This document shows positions 14,524 to 29,010 of a stretch of 64,000 bases of DNA, in pieces. Position numbers and translations under genes: made by a program. Position 1 is the first letter of the stretch; every line of letters begins with the position of its first letter. The notes under the pieces were generated by a model that did not search any database, was not told the origin of the DNA, and was given only the letters and a program-made list of their open reading frames with translations. The stretch comes from Paramecium tetraurelia (Eukaryota): positions 1 through 64,000 of the forward strand of contig CT867996.1 of assembly GCA_000165425.1 (NCBI GenBank). Reading direction: 5' to 3'.

Positions 14524-15375
14524 TCAATTAAGACTTAAAGCCAACAAAATGAATCCAAAGAAAAAAAGTCTTTTTTATATTGAGTTTTTACTACAAATTT
14601 CACATTATTCACTACTTGGATCCCAAGCATATGAATAAAGAGTGTATGACAAACATTAACCTTGATCTAAGCTCTCTGGCTCTAAATCAACACATTAGTT
14701 TTAGTTCCAAGTGCATAATGTAACATCTTTTGAATCAATCGAAAAATAGAATTAGCATGATTATTCTGGCAATATAGAGCACTCCAAAGGCTTACATGTT
14801 TCATTCCAATAGCAAGCACTAGGATCACACTCATCTATTTTTTTATAATCAGAACATTAAGTTATTGTTCTTGTTTCACAAGATTAAGTTTCCTTATTTC
14901 TAACACATTGTTTTTCATCATCAGTTGCAAGCCATTCACAATGGTCATAAGGAATTTTATCACAATTTGTGATACTCTTTGCAGACTCATTGCTTTTAGC
15001 CATGCATTTTATTGTTCCAGCCATAATATCAATTGTACCAACATCAGCTTAACACTTTATCAATTCATAGCATCTATTAGCTTGAGTAATTGAAAAACTA
15101 TAATCAGAGCATTTTGTAAATGTTTCACATTTATCAAGTTAGTAATTCCAAGTACATTAAAATGGATCTGGAACACCTTGGCAATCTCCTTTATTAAATT
15201 CTCCACAAGATTTGTTTTGACATAATGATGTATTATTGTTCCAATTGCAAAATTCAAGAATGCAATCTTTGTCTGTTAACAAATTTTAACACGAGCATTC
15301 ATAAAAAGAGGAAAGTTTTATGGTTGAAGTTTAACATCCAACAACCAACAAGGTAAATCCAATCAAATTGATCAT
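14524..15375 (-). CDS. Cys-rich surface protein (Paramecium mini-antigen-like), 283 aa, with signal peptide and hydrophobic C-terminal tail
   Basis: Intronless, 852 nt. N-terminus MINLIGFTLLVVGCQT, then YECSCQNLLTDKDC and periodic C-x-W motifs (FCNW, CTW, CEW, CYW). C-terminus RLFFFGFILLALSLN resembles a GPI signal. Confidence 0.85.
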
Positions 15376-18300
15376 TATTTGTCTTTATAATTTTAATTAA
15401 GAAATTTTCAACTTCGAAATGACAATAATCAAAATACAAAATATTCTACTGATAAAACAAAGATTTAAAATCTTTGTAAAGGGAGAAGTGTTGGAACAAA
15501 TTTAACCGACCTACTAATTTTAACAATATTGCGTTGAATAGATGAAATATCATCTCTATGCATTTCTCAAAAATAGAACATCTCTCAAAGAAAGTATATA
15601 CAAGAATTTTATGAAATGATATATTTTATTAAGGTTTTAAATCTAATGACAACAATTTTACATATTTTACATCAATGAACTTGGTAAAAACTTCAATATA
15701 AAATGAATAAAAAAACTCAAACTAAGGGAAAGTTGCCATTTGAAAAATAATTAAAGAAGGAGAATAAATTTCCAAAAAATATACTTATATACATAAATAA
15801 ATATCAAAAAGAATGTATAGTTCTTTAAAATTTAAGAATAAGAAAATGAAATCTTTGGATTGAGTTTATCTTTGGAGAAAAATACCTTATAGGCAAAGTG
15901 TTGAAAATAGTATTTTACACATAAATCAAATATGGTATGTTCGAAATGTGAAAATATATTTTATTTTTAAATATTTTCTCAAGAAAAGAGTTTGTTGATC
16001 GTCAGAATTTATCAGATGGAACAGTCAGAATTCAAACGTTAAACTCTTAATGTCATAACAAAATCTATTAGATTTCAAATAATATTCATAGATATTATAT
16101 ATTTCCCTAACGATGCATGGTAAATTCCACTCTGCATTATTATACGAATTCTAATAAGAACTCGTAAGATAATCAATTTTAATCCATTGGTATTGATATT
16201 ATACATTAATTAGAAGGATAAGAATTTAATTTGATAAATTCGTAGGAATACGATAAATTGGAAAGGTAAATGAAACGCACTTTATCAGCAACTCATGAAG
16301 CGTAGGTGGGTTTGTAGAGTATTCTTAGGGAGAGAAATGAATAATATGATTGTTATTGGTGTAGACTCAGAATTTACTAAGAGTTTACAAAAACAGAAGA
16401 AGATTATGACTGTCATTATCAAAGAGGACTAATAGGAAGTAAACTTGAAATAGCATTGTTAAAACTTAGATTTATCAAAGATCTGAGAACTATTATATTT
16501 GAATGATTGATAAAAGTGATAAGTCTAAGATATAAGAACCACTTTCAGCATTTGCAATGATGTAAAACACTTTGTTAAGAAATATTATCATAATTGAAAT
16601 AATATAAGACAAATTAATTATGTTATTGTTAAGCGAATTTTTTTTGTACCGACATTTAAGCATAAAAAAAGTGGTTGGAACTTATACTAACAAAAAAATT
16701 AAACCTATTTTGAATTACAAGATAAACTTCTAAAATAAAATAATTCTAAGACACTTAAGATATTAGTGGGAGCTTTACATGCAGTCTACATTTTTGCTGA
16801 GATAAGAGAAGAACTATATGTTTAAAGTCTAAAGTAATCATAATTTTGATGAAAAGTCAAAAATGAGAGTAATAACTTTATAATCTGAAAATAGGTTGTT
16901 TTATAAAAATTGTTATTATCCAAAGTATAACATGTCAAGAATTTAATTAACTTTAATAATATAATTATAATACAATATGCATATCATGACAAAATCTTAT
17001 AGACCATTCATGCAAATACAATTATAATTTGTTATTAATAAAAGAAATTAATTACATTAATTTATAATCTGCATATGTTTATAAAAAAAATTTAAAATGC
17101 TGCATATGCAACCAATTAGGAAGTGGAGGAATTAAGATATAGAATTTTGTTTATCAGTTTATTTAATATATGCCATGAAATTTTAATATTATTCAAGAAA
17201 GAACCTTTGTTATATCAATGTTTAATGAGAAAGGCTACATAATTGATAATTTATTTGATATTGCTCCAAATTACCTATCATTCCTTATTTACAATACTTA
17301 ATTTCAACTATGGATGGCTTACTTGGCCGCTGTAAAAGCATTATATGCAAAGCCTAGGTAAAAGTAAGTATCAGATCCTTCTCTTTTTTTATTACTGATT
17401 TGAGATCAAGCATCTGTAAAACAACATAATCGAGATATTGTTACTAGTATTAACATTTTTTTATCATTCTGTTAAAATAAGGGTCCTGCAACGATAAAGA
17501 TTTAAAGAATAGTCAAAAACAAAATAACAGTGATAAAATTGTTTAACTTGCTGTAAATTTACTTTAAATTTATTTAAGCAGATACTGCTTCAATAACTGT
17601 ATTTTTCTAAAATTAACTAACCTAAGGCTACATTATCTTTTTGTTAATTTGCCCAAACATTCATCAATCAATTGTGTTTAAAAATTAAAAATGATATGAT
17701 GATGAGTTTTTGAGAGTAGTTTACTGGATGAATTTTTGAATAATTAAATTTGAAATTAATTGCATAATATTAATTAAGCAATTTATAAAGTACTGGTTTT
17801 TCCTTTGAGCTTGCCATAAATTTAGATTAGTATTATTCGACAATCAAGGATTTATGCAATTTTTATTCAATAATAATTTAAATGGCTAATATTTAGGGAA
17901 CAGAACTTAATTGGAACCTAAGTGAAACTTATTGAAAAGAATAAGTTTTCTTTTGCTTTATAAAGTATAAAAGCCGAATATGTGTGAATAAAGTTAGTTG
18001 TATCTAAAAAATGTATAAATATTGAAATCAATATATTTATAAAATTTCTCTTTAGGAAGAAAGCCCTAAAACATCATAATATTTGATTTAAATAAATATT
18101 GGTAGATTGAATATCTTTAAATGATACATTAAATATTGCGCATCATTTGTGATAGTCTCATAGATTTGATATTTGTTGAAATTCAATTAATTTACAGTTT
18201 GCACTTCCCATCTTAAACTAATCTATTGAGATATTCTTTATTCTTAATTTGATTATTTATATTATGAATTGTAAACCTTTCTAAGACCCAAGGTTTTTGT

Positions 18301-20107
18301 AATGAAGTCATTCAAATAATAAAATTTGAAACAGATTAATTGATAAATTTAGTATCAATCATATGGTCGGAAAATTAGTAAATGAACAATATAATAGCTT
18401 AATTGCAAACCTAATACTCTTGAACTCTATTCAAAAAACTTAACATCTAAAATATTTAATCTCCATTTTCAGCTCTTACAATTCAGATTGACATATCAGG
18501 TGTATTATTGCTAAGCTTTATTAAACATACAGAGCTTAAGTCCAAGTCAACTTCAATTTATATTTAGATTGATTTTTCCATATAACTTGCTGGACTTTGA
18601 AAACGAGAATCTGAATGTCTATTTGTTCTCTACTTAGAATTTAAATATATTTTGAAGTTAAAAAAATTTTAGTATAAAATAATTATATTGTTCATGGGTT
18701 TTGAAGTCATCAATATTATAAGGGAATTAATATTTGAAGAAATTCATAATTTTGGTTAAAAATTTAACCTAACCAAATAACTCATCATTTGGAAATGTGG
18801 ATTAAGTTGGTGGAAATCTATTCTTTAAATTTTACAAAAATTTCTAAAGCATTTTCATCATATACATAATACCTCTTAGGTGAAGAGAAATTTAAATTAA
18901 ACCCAATTCAATGATAGGGTATGAATTTTTGAGCTTAAAGATACCTATTTGAGAAAGGCCATCCTTAACCTTCTAAAATAGGGTATAGAAATTTTCTGTT
19001 TAATGGAAAATTCAACTATATGCTATAGATTTCTATTTATTATTAAAGTAAATATTATGTATTGCGAGAGATTTTAATTTAGGTATGAGATTTCGCTTTG
19101 CCAGGTAAGAACAGGATAAAGATTGTTTGGAGCGGTCTAATTGAAACAGATAATGAAATTCCACCAAAAAAAATGAAAAAGGACATCTTATTCAAAATTT
19201 GAGGTTATTCACATCTTTTACTGCATCCATTAAGAAATTAATATAGGAAGTTTCACTCCTATCAACATAAATCTGTTATATTTGAATTGAATTTGGTTAA
19301 AAAATTCAGGAAATAATTTGGTCTAGTAGATCAGCTACTTAAATTTAATGAAATAAATGACTCTATCTAACTAACAATAAGATGAGAAGGATTAAATGAC
19401 TTAGGATTGCGAGTTCTTAATTTATATAGACATATGGCATTAAAAGCATATTGGCTACTATAATGTCATTACCTAAAACCATTTTGAAAAACTGACTGTT
19501 CGTATAACTAGAGATGATTAACTATAATTAAAAAGAATTTGGTGAGCATTTTGCAATAATGATGTTAATTTTATGGATTTATGTAATAATATGGGAAACC
19601 GTTTGGTTTTCGGTATTTAGGTAGGATTGAAAAAAACCTAGAATAATGAAGGAAAAGAAGGAGAATCGAATATAATATTTTTTCTCTAATCAAGTTAGAA
19701 TCTTCACAATTTGATGATATATTTAGATATCGTTTTACTGATTCTCAATATAATTCAGCAATTAGGATTTGTAAGTCAGCTAAGCACAACCAAAAGCAAT
19801 AGATGTTGAATAAATCAATACTTGGTGCTGCAAAATCCAGCTCATAAGAAAGCTATAAGTATATTTATTAATATACTAAAGAACTTCAAAGAAAAATTAA
19901 ATGGAAGGTAGTTAAATTAAACGCTTCTTGAATTCAACTTCAGCATTCTATAAAAAGGATTTTTGTTTAATAAATTACATGATTTGTGATTTAGGTAGTT
20001 ACATATTGATTTAAAGTCAGTTATAAAATGTACAGGAAGATACCAAAGGAAAAATATAGCATATTAAAAAGAAATGAGATCTAAAATTATTATGCTCTAA
20101 TTAAAAA

Positions 20108-22492
20108 TCAACTTTAATGCTCTTAAAATTCTATTTAATCATCCAAAATCAAGCTTCCTTTTTATTTGAGAACTGTTGTAAAATCCATACCTGATTGATC
20201 CATAAATTCTCCTTTATAAAGTAATGCTCCTTATGCTTAAAATATTAGTTATTTGGAGATAAGGAGAATGGTTATATTTGATGCGACTAAATAATAAGTT
20301 AATTAATTACCATTTTATAATAAGGTATTATTTTTAAGTGGGGTTTTTAAAAAAGTAGGATGGTCCTTAAAACAACAATCATAGCCTAGATTTTTTTTTT
20401 CTGTATTAACATCCCATAAACGGAGAGACTTATCTCCGCTACCTGACGCTAATTTCGTACCGTCAGGAGAGAAGCATACTGATCTGATGAAATCATGATG
20501 ATCTTCTAATTTTACCTTCTATTATCCTGTGTTAACATCCCATAAACGAATAGAGTTATCCTTACTACCAGATGCTATTGTAGTACCACTAGGTGAGAAT
20601 GATATTGACAGGACTCCATCACTATGACCATCTAATTAGATTTTTTATTTTCCTGTCTTAAGATCCCATATGCGGATAGAGCTATCTGCACTACAAGATG
20701 CTAATGTTTTACCATCTGGAGAGAAGCATATAGAGCGGACATAATCTCGATGACCCTCTAATTTGGCTTTTATTTCTTATCTCTTAACGTCCCATAACCT
20801 GATTGAGTTATCTCCGCTACCAGATGCTAATGTAGTGCCGTCAGGTGAGAAGCAGACAGAATTACTATGACCAACTAGTCTGGCCTTTTCTTTTCGTGTT
20901 GTAATATCCCATAAACGAACAGAATGATCCGCACTACCAGATGCTAATATTGTATTATCCGGAGAGAAGCACACTGTTAGGACTGAATTAGTATGACCAT
21001 CTAATTAGGCTTTTTATCGTCCTGTCTTAACATCCCATAAACGGATAGTTCTATCTCCGCTAACAGAAGCTAACGTAGTTCCATCACGAGAGAAGCAAAT
21101 TTAGTTGACCGCATTTTCATGACCCACTAATTTTGCCTTTAATTCCCCTGTCTTACTATCCCATAATCGAATAGAGTTATCTGCACTGCCAGATGCTAAT
21201 ATTGTACCATCCGGCGAGATAGAAACTGAATTGACACTACTCTCATGGCCTTCAAGTTTATTTAATTCATTCAATTTTATATTCTTCCATTTGCAGTTAA
21301 ATAATTAAGCGCCATTTAAATTCACACCACCTATATCGACATTATCAAATTGGGATCCATTCAAATTACATCTCAAAAAATTTCCTCCAATCAAAGAAGT
21401 ATCTTTAATCCTAATATTTTCAAAACTTTGCTCTTTTAGATCTACCTTCATCTCAACTAATAAATTAAGTGAATTTGAGCCACATTAGATGAATTAACTA
21501 TCAATAGCTGTTAGGTTAACTAGAAACTTTAAAAATTCGATAATCTTCTCATCTTTTTATATCTTTTTAATTATATTTATTCTAGTTTCTATGTATGCAT
21601 CTGTTGAAAAATTTTTTTTATTAAAATCAAGTTAATGAATATCTCTAAATACAGTGGTAATAACCTAAAAGTCATTTTTCAATTTCACCTCTCTGCTCTT
21701 AGGAGATAAATTCGCTTCATTATACATGTATTCTTCCTGATACTTTTGAGCGAATTCTTTTTAAAGAAATATAATAATATTTGAAATTTTATCTTATTTT
21801 AGCATCTTTATCATCTTATCAAATAATTTTTGATTGATACTTTTTGATAAAGCTAACACTTCATACAAATCTTTCTCTCTTTCATTGATTTATACTATTT
21901 CTTACCTTGGTTCAATCCTTATTTATAATATCAATTCTTACTTAATCTTTGAAGTAATCTCTTTCATTTCTATATTCATCTTTTCACAGAAAGTTTTAAT
22001 ATCTTATTCCCATTAATTCTTTGTCTTTTCCAGTTTTACCAATTAAGAATTTTGTAAATCATTCCAATCATCCAATGATTCTCCTATTAGAATTTATACT
22101 AATTATTCTAAGTTAGAATTGGAGAATTCTGATAGATTATCATTTTAGTTGAAAAGATTCAAATACAATTTATTTTACTCTTCAATGAAATCATACATTT
22201 AATTGATTGACTTCTCCAACTCTTCCCAAATTTTCCTCATTTTGCTTTCTGTTTCAGAGAGCATAGATTTAAAAGCCTTTCTCTAATGGATTAATTCTTC
22301 AGTATTTTGATCTAGCTTAGATTCTGAAAATCTCTTCATGACCATTTCTTTAAATCTTTTTATTGATACTATATTGCTATTAAACTAATGCTCATCTAAG
22401 CACTCTGAACAAAGTTTCCTATCGAATTAGCACGTATGAGGAGCGATACATATTAAAGACACTTGATTTTTAATATGATTGGTACAATTCAT
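20108..22492 (-). CDS. Zn-finger / coiled-coil / pentapeptide-like / 7x WD40 protein, about 786 aa
   Basis: One intron, 20287-20310; spliced length 2361 nt. N-terminus [23 protein letters not shown]. Pentapeptide-like segment [41 protein letters not shown]. Seven repeats of GH..V..VCFSPDG..LASGS.D.SIRLWD. Confidence 0.93.
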
Positions 22493-24352
22493 TATCTTAT
22501 TTTAAAGAATATTCAATTTCTATTATTTTTTTCAGTCATTAATATATAATATGTATCAAAAATATCAATTTCTTTGTTCATTAGATTAAGGAATTATGTC
22601 AGGTAAAATTAGAATTTAGGTAAAATGAGTTAATAAAAAATCAAAGAACCTTTGGTATAGTTACTACTTTATGAATATGAATTAAATGAGGGTTAGATAA
22701 TTTTGATTTAATAGATGACACTTGTTTTAACCGATGGAGAAATATAAATGTAAACAAAATAAGGAAGGAGATTTAGGGTTGTTTGATTAAATGTTAGGGA
22801 TTTCAATAAAATCAATGATTAGAAAATCGTTTCATCCTTAATCTAAATTGAATAATAATATTAATCAACTATGAATGAAAAATTTTCAAATCTTTAATGA
22901 GAGATCATGGCTCTTATAAAAGCAGTCAACGAAATCATCTATATAATAACATAATAAAAATTAAGTAGTCAAAGTTAAATAGAAATTTTTCAATTATGGG
23001 ATTTTTCACCATAATCTTGAATTGAAAAGTTGTCAAAAATTTTTAAAATATTGTTGTATTTCTATTTGAATGTTAGTGGAATATATGTTCACTAAGGTTT
23101 AATTTGGATATCATCTTTACTTTCAGCTAATATAAATTTCTACGTTAATTTAATTTAAATTCTTAGATTGCCTCATATGATCTGTAGTTAACTGTACTGT
23201 TTTATTAGAATTCTTTTTTATAGGAGAAATCGCTCTACATATAATCTTCCAAATGGCTGCCCTTTATATTTTTGGTTATTATAGTTTAAGTCCTTTTTAG
23301 TTAAAATTTCATTTGAATTTATTCACATAATAATTCAAAAGTGAGTTTATTTAAAATCATCAGAGGTCTAAGCTTTCAGTGAAAAATTTTTTTTAAATAA
23401 ATTCTCTCAACAGCAATAATAATCTATATTTTATTGATTTCAAAAATATGGATATATATTCTTAATTCAGATTCTTGGATATATTGGCTTAATCTATTCA
23501 TTAGACAAAAAATATTCGAAATTGTAGAGGCAGAAGATTATTTACCAATATAAAATATTACTCTATCTAAAATATTTATAACCTATCCCATAATTGAATA
23601 ACCATAATTTACATTAGAATCCAATTTAAAATACCTTTTCAAAACCTCTATAAATTTAATTTTATTAATTCAGAAAATTTATGATATTATGAATTAAATT
23701 AATACAAATAAAACAATAGGGGGAAGTCTTATCAAAGAAATTAAATAAAATGCTTGACATTTATGAGAAGTCAAATTGCTTTAATTGTGATTACATTAAA
23801 TTTTAAACAATATTTCATTCAAACCTAAAATTTGGAAATCAAAAATATCAATATAATATGTGGTTAGATTTGCTCAGGATTAAATGTAAAAAGCTTATAC
23901 GATTATATTTGAAAATACTCTAATTATCACTATTATCTTGTATTGGAGTAACAAGTAAGGATATCAAATAAACTCAGAATTTTTCAAAGTAAACTCAAAA
24001 AGTGATAATTTTAAATATCGAATAAATGATAAACGACTATTATACTTTCCCCCATTTTTTTAATTAGCTAATTGATTGATATATCCAAAAACATTCTAAA
24101 AAATTTTATCATCATTTGCACATATTTTATTTTGATATTAATTTAACACAGAATTGTATTACAAAATAAATTCAAAACTAAGATTTTATTGCTAATGGAA
24201 ACCTTTTCAAACATCCTTACACCTCTGATTTTCTTCTAACTTCAAATTTATGTATTTATTTTCTAAAATAAGGAAGACCAATTAATAAAGGAAAATTTAT
24301 TGATTAATCAGGCTTAGAAGCAGTTAGTGATTTCTTTAATTAAGAATAATAA

Positions 24353-25616
24353 ATGATTTAAGATGCTACTGACAGGGAATGTGTTTATAAACACAAGGAT
24401 TGTCCTATTCTGTCAGTGCTTGATAATTAAAATTAGAAATTAAAGGAAAATTTGATATGCACAGATTGCTTAGATCTCTACGAGTTAAGCTGAAATATCA
24501 CGTCAACTAATGAAATAGTAAAAAATATATTTAATTATTAGGAAACACTTAATGAATAGGTCAAAACCTTAAGAAAATAAAACATTTATGAAATAGATTA
24601 ATTTACAAAATATCTTTTCAAACTGTACTGATATTATTATTGTAAATTCATGTTAATGGAAGGATGAATTAATTCAAAATAATGAGGATCAATTAGATGA
24701 AGAATGCAGAATGAATAAATTAGATAAATTAGAATTATTATCGTAAATTAGAAAGCTCTGTTGCTAGCATAAAATAAATTGTGAATATTGTAGAGAAAGA
24801 AACAGAAAATTTAAAGATATTGCTTGGATAAGACTAATATTATGAAGAATTTATGCTATACCGATAAAAAAAGTATTAGTTAAAACTTTAAAATTTCGAA
24901 ACACATTTGATCAATAACATATGCATACCGAAACATGTGATGGACAAACTTAAGAAGTTTCTTAGGAATTGTGGTGGTTTGTTCTTGCATTCAATAAGGA
25001 TGGTTCTATAATGGCTGGGGCAGCAAAAAAGGATATAAAAATATAGAATTTTGAAAATGGGTATTTATAAGAAAAATAAGTTGGTGTTTCATTATTAGCT
25101 TAATAAGCATAGCACACATATTAGTTAAATAAGTATGAATGAAGATGATACTTAATTAGTTTCATGCAGTGATGATAAAACAATTATAGTTTGGGAAAAG
25201 AAAAGAAATTAAAAAAATAAATAAATTCAAATGGTTTCAGAGTTTGTTTTCTTAATTAAGATACGGTTTCAAGAAAAATAGTGTTCAATTCATATTTTAA
25301 ACAAGAATCAGATCAGTTTATTGAAATAAAAGATTTGTAAATCAACTTAAAATATTAAGACTTAAAAGATGGATAATCCTTATTTCCATCCATTTAGAAT
25401 AAAGCCAAGTAAATTTTTATCATAAAGCATAACAAATATGTTTATTAATTGAAATAACAAAATTAAACATTTAGCCTTCTGAGTGAACCTACAGACTGTA
25501 GATCATGCAAAAGTTATGGAAATGTTACTGAGGATGGAAAATATTTAATGCTTTAGAATGATGAAACTTCATCATTTCATGTATATGAATTGAAAATACC
25601 AATGAGTATAAATTGA
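24353..25616 (+). pseudogene. Decayed Zn-finger / coiled-coil / WD40 gene
   Basis: Begins CVYKH...LICTDC, then has an in-frame TGA at 24491-24493. Later WD fragments (AFNKDGSIMAGAAKKDIKI, SCSDDKTIIVWE, GNVTEDGKYL) are separated by apparent frameshifts or deletions. The 5' end is uncertain. Confidence 0.65.
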
Positions 25617-25691
25617 AGTATATATAGATACTTTATATATTTAATAATTATTTATTTTAAATTAATAGAATTAGGAATACTAATAATATAT

Positions 25692-27163
25692 ATGAATCAG
25701 ATAAAAGAGCTTGAGATTAAATGTTCTATAGAAGATCATGATTATGCCTAATTAGTTTGTTTAAATAAAGAGTGTAAAGCTAATAGAGTTTATTGTGACT
25801 AATGTATAAGAAATGGAGATCACATTGCTCATATTAATGATTAATGGAATATATAAAAATTAATTCTGATTTTTTAGAATATAGAGAAAGAAAGCGAAAC
25901 CTTAAAATCAGATTTGTGTTTGATAAATTAAGAAATTAATAAAATATTTACTTAATTAAATTAAAAGATTACAAAGAAATATCAATATTCCAAAGAGAGA
26001 TTATAAAAATTGGATGCAAAACAATTACATTAAATCTTAAATTACATTATTAAATATGAAGAAGTTGAAAAAAGTGTATTAAACGAAGTTAAAAAATGTT
26101 CAGATGATATGATCATGCAAATAAAAAGATATACTTCAGAATTGAAAATAGAAGAGTTACTCATTAAAAATTCAAGAAAAATAAAATACAACACAGTTAT
26201 TTTAAAAAGGTATTGAATCATTAATTTAGGATATTAATTATATTAAGAAGATAATGAATATGAGGAAGCAATCAAATTATTTGATGATGCATTATTTATT
26301 AATCCTGATCATTTGAATTCTATCACTTCGAAAGGTATAAACTAAACTAAAAATTTTTTAGCTGAATGCTTAAAATAGCTTAAGAATTACAATGATGCAA
26401 TCCTATATATTGATAGAGCTTTATCTATAGATTCAGTGCAAGTCGATTCTTTATATACAAAAGGTAAAATCCGTAATCAATGTTTTAGCTCAATGTATAT
26501 ACATGCTTGATAATTTCAATGATGCAATTCTATGGTGCGATAAAGGTTTATTTATAGATCCAAAACATATCAATTCTTTATAAACGAAAGGTTAAAATTC
26601 AGACAATAATATTTAGCGGAATGTTTAAGAATGCTTGGCGATTACAAAGATGCAATTCTATGGGCTGATAAAGTTTTGTCTATCGATTCAAAAAATGTCA
26701 ATTCATTACATACTAAAGGTTTGAATTCAGTTAATAAGATAATAGCTGAATGTTTAAAATGGCTTGATAATTACAAAGATGCAATTTTATGGGCTGATAA
26801 AGCTTTATCTATCAATTCAAAGCATATCAATTCATTATTTACAAAAGGTATATTTTACTACATTAGGCGAATCATTAAGAATGTTGGGTGAATATGAAGA
26901 CGCCATTAAGATATTAGATGTAGCATTGAATTAAAATCCGAATCATGATTAATCTCTCGTCTGCAAAGGTCTATTGTATTTCTATTCTTTTAGGAGCCTG
27001 TTTACAATCATTATAAAAATATTAAGAAGCCATCAATTGCTATAATTAGGCAATTTAGATCAATCCAAATTATTAATTTGTTCAAAATCAAAAAAGTATA
27101 TATTAGTTTAGATCTATAGTTGTTTGTGAAAATCAACTGAAGAAACAATAAATTAGAAAATGA
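25692..27163 (+). CDS. B-box-like Zn finger / coiled-coil / 7x TPR protein; apparent +1 frameshift near 26166-26175
   Basis: N-terminus CSIEDH..VCLNKEC..YCDQC..H..H. Phase-1 introns at 26210-26229, 26335-26361, 26464-26488, 26591-26616, 26719-26745, 26848-26866, 26969-26993 and 27096-27119. TPR units read AECL..L..Y.DAI...DKALSID.K..SL..K. Confidence 0.85.
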
Positions 27164-28559
27164 TAACTTGAATAATATATTGATTTAAACCATCAACTAT
27201 AATTATAATAAAATTCATTTATCAATTTAACATTATTTTTTTTTTCTTAGAAAATAAATTTTATCCTCACTCTAACTTATTAAATTCTTGTATTTGGAAC
27301 TTTATAAATACATCCCTCCTTCAAAATCATAAAAAATATATCATTATTAAATTTTTGAAATCAATTGTATTTCATTATTATAATTTTATTTGATTTTTAT
27401 AGAAGTTAAATGTTAGAATAGTTTACTTAGCTTGAAAGCAATAAAATATATGAATTAGATTAAATAAGGAAGATTAATAACAGCAAATAATACATAATCC
27501 AAATTTTTCAACAATTAATTCGAGATGAATTGCGATTTCTAGCAATATTTTTATTTAGAATACTTAGCTAAAAAGCTATGTAATGCCAATAGACTTTTAT
27601 TAGAATCATGATGGAGAAAAACATGGATAATATCTTTTAACATTTAATTACTTACGAATTCTATTTATTCTTTCATCTAATGTCATGCTGAAGTTATTAT
27701 TTTTTTAAATAAAGGAAGGATAAAAAATATTTCATTCGTCCATGGCAGGTCTTTCACAATCTCTTAAGCAAGGTCTAAGATATAGTCAAACACTATACAT
27801 TTGGATTAACATTACATAGAGAATAAAAATAACTTTATGAGAAGCATAATCCTAAGAAATTAAATGGCAAATTAGTGTTCCATATATAATGCTAAAAGTA
27901 TTGACTATGTTAAATTTTAAATTATATAAGCTTGTACTTTATCAATATTATAATTTGTGAATCTGATACTCTAGCGGTGTAAAACATTTCATTTATATGT
28001 TATGAATAAATTCAATTATTTGTGTAAGAAATCATCTTATACTGCTACTACTTTAAACTTTATGAATTTCAAACTTTCGTCAGGCAGATAATTATCATAA
28101 TAAGAAAAACAACAATTGCAAATATTGAAGCAAGAAAGAGAGAATTAATTAAGGGAGAGACTTACTGAAACCTCTATTTTCCTAAATTATCTTTCTTTTT
28201 TGTACTTGAAATTTTTGGATTATATCACAAATAAATAAATCTTTCTTAATATAATTGTTTATTTTGCTATATATTTTAGAACTGAAAGTGAAGAAAAATT
28301 AAGAGGATTGGTATAATGATTAAGCTTGAGTTCATGTATTTCTAAGTACTATGAGGGTATAATGTGTAAGCAAAAATCTTCATAATTAATTTTTGCTTAA
28401 TAGAATAAATTTGCTAAATAATATTACTCTACCTGAAATTGTAGGGGGCATCAATAAATCATTTTCTTACTAAGCAGCATTTTATAATTTTAAATATATC
28501 CTTTACAGAATTTAAGTTTATAAAAATAAAAATATGGAATATTACTTAAGTCCTCTATA

Positions 28560-29010
28560 TTATAGCCCCATAGATTCCATTTTGCAAAAAGAATGAGTCT
28601 TGCTAATAATTAGTAATTTTTTCTTATTAAATTGAAGGGGGTCACATTGTTTTGTTAGGATTCTTTCTAATTTTACTTTGAGAAGTCCACGCTTAGTTGA
28701 AAATTTGAGAAATAGACTTAAACTCTCTTTTTTTTTAACAGCAACTTCTTCTATCATACTTTTATTTTAAAACTGCCACCCATTCCTCTAACAAATAATG
28801 TCAAGTTGCAATGAAGCTCCGCGAGCTTAAAACAAGTTTAATCTCCATCGTTTAACTGGGTAATTATTTCTGTGACAAGTTCAAGATGTTGCCAATAATT
28901 CTTCAACAGAACAAAACCCTTTTGGAATATTTACGTTAATAATCCTCATTCCTGCTCTTGAGCTAGGATTATTCCATTTGGCCTCAAAACTTAGTTTCAT
29001 CATTGCATCA
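28560..29010 (-). pseudogene. Possible decayed MaoC-type / enoyl-CoA hydratase 2 remnant
   Basis: Fragments TLFVRGMGG and KQCDPLQF...HSFC are interrupted by a TGA and a frame change. They loosely resemble the hydratase-2 motifs LFxRGxGG and GDxNPLH...HGLC. Confidence 0.25.

Noticed and set aside
24491..24493. In-frame TGA as possible selenocysteine or readthrough
   Set aside because: It is not in a redox-type motif and the same locus has further disruptions, so a pseudogene is the simpler explanation.
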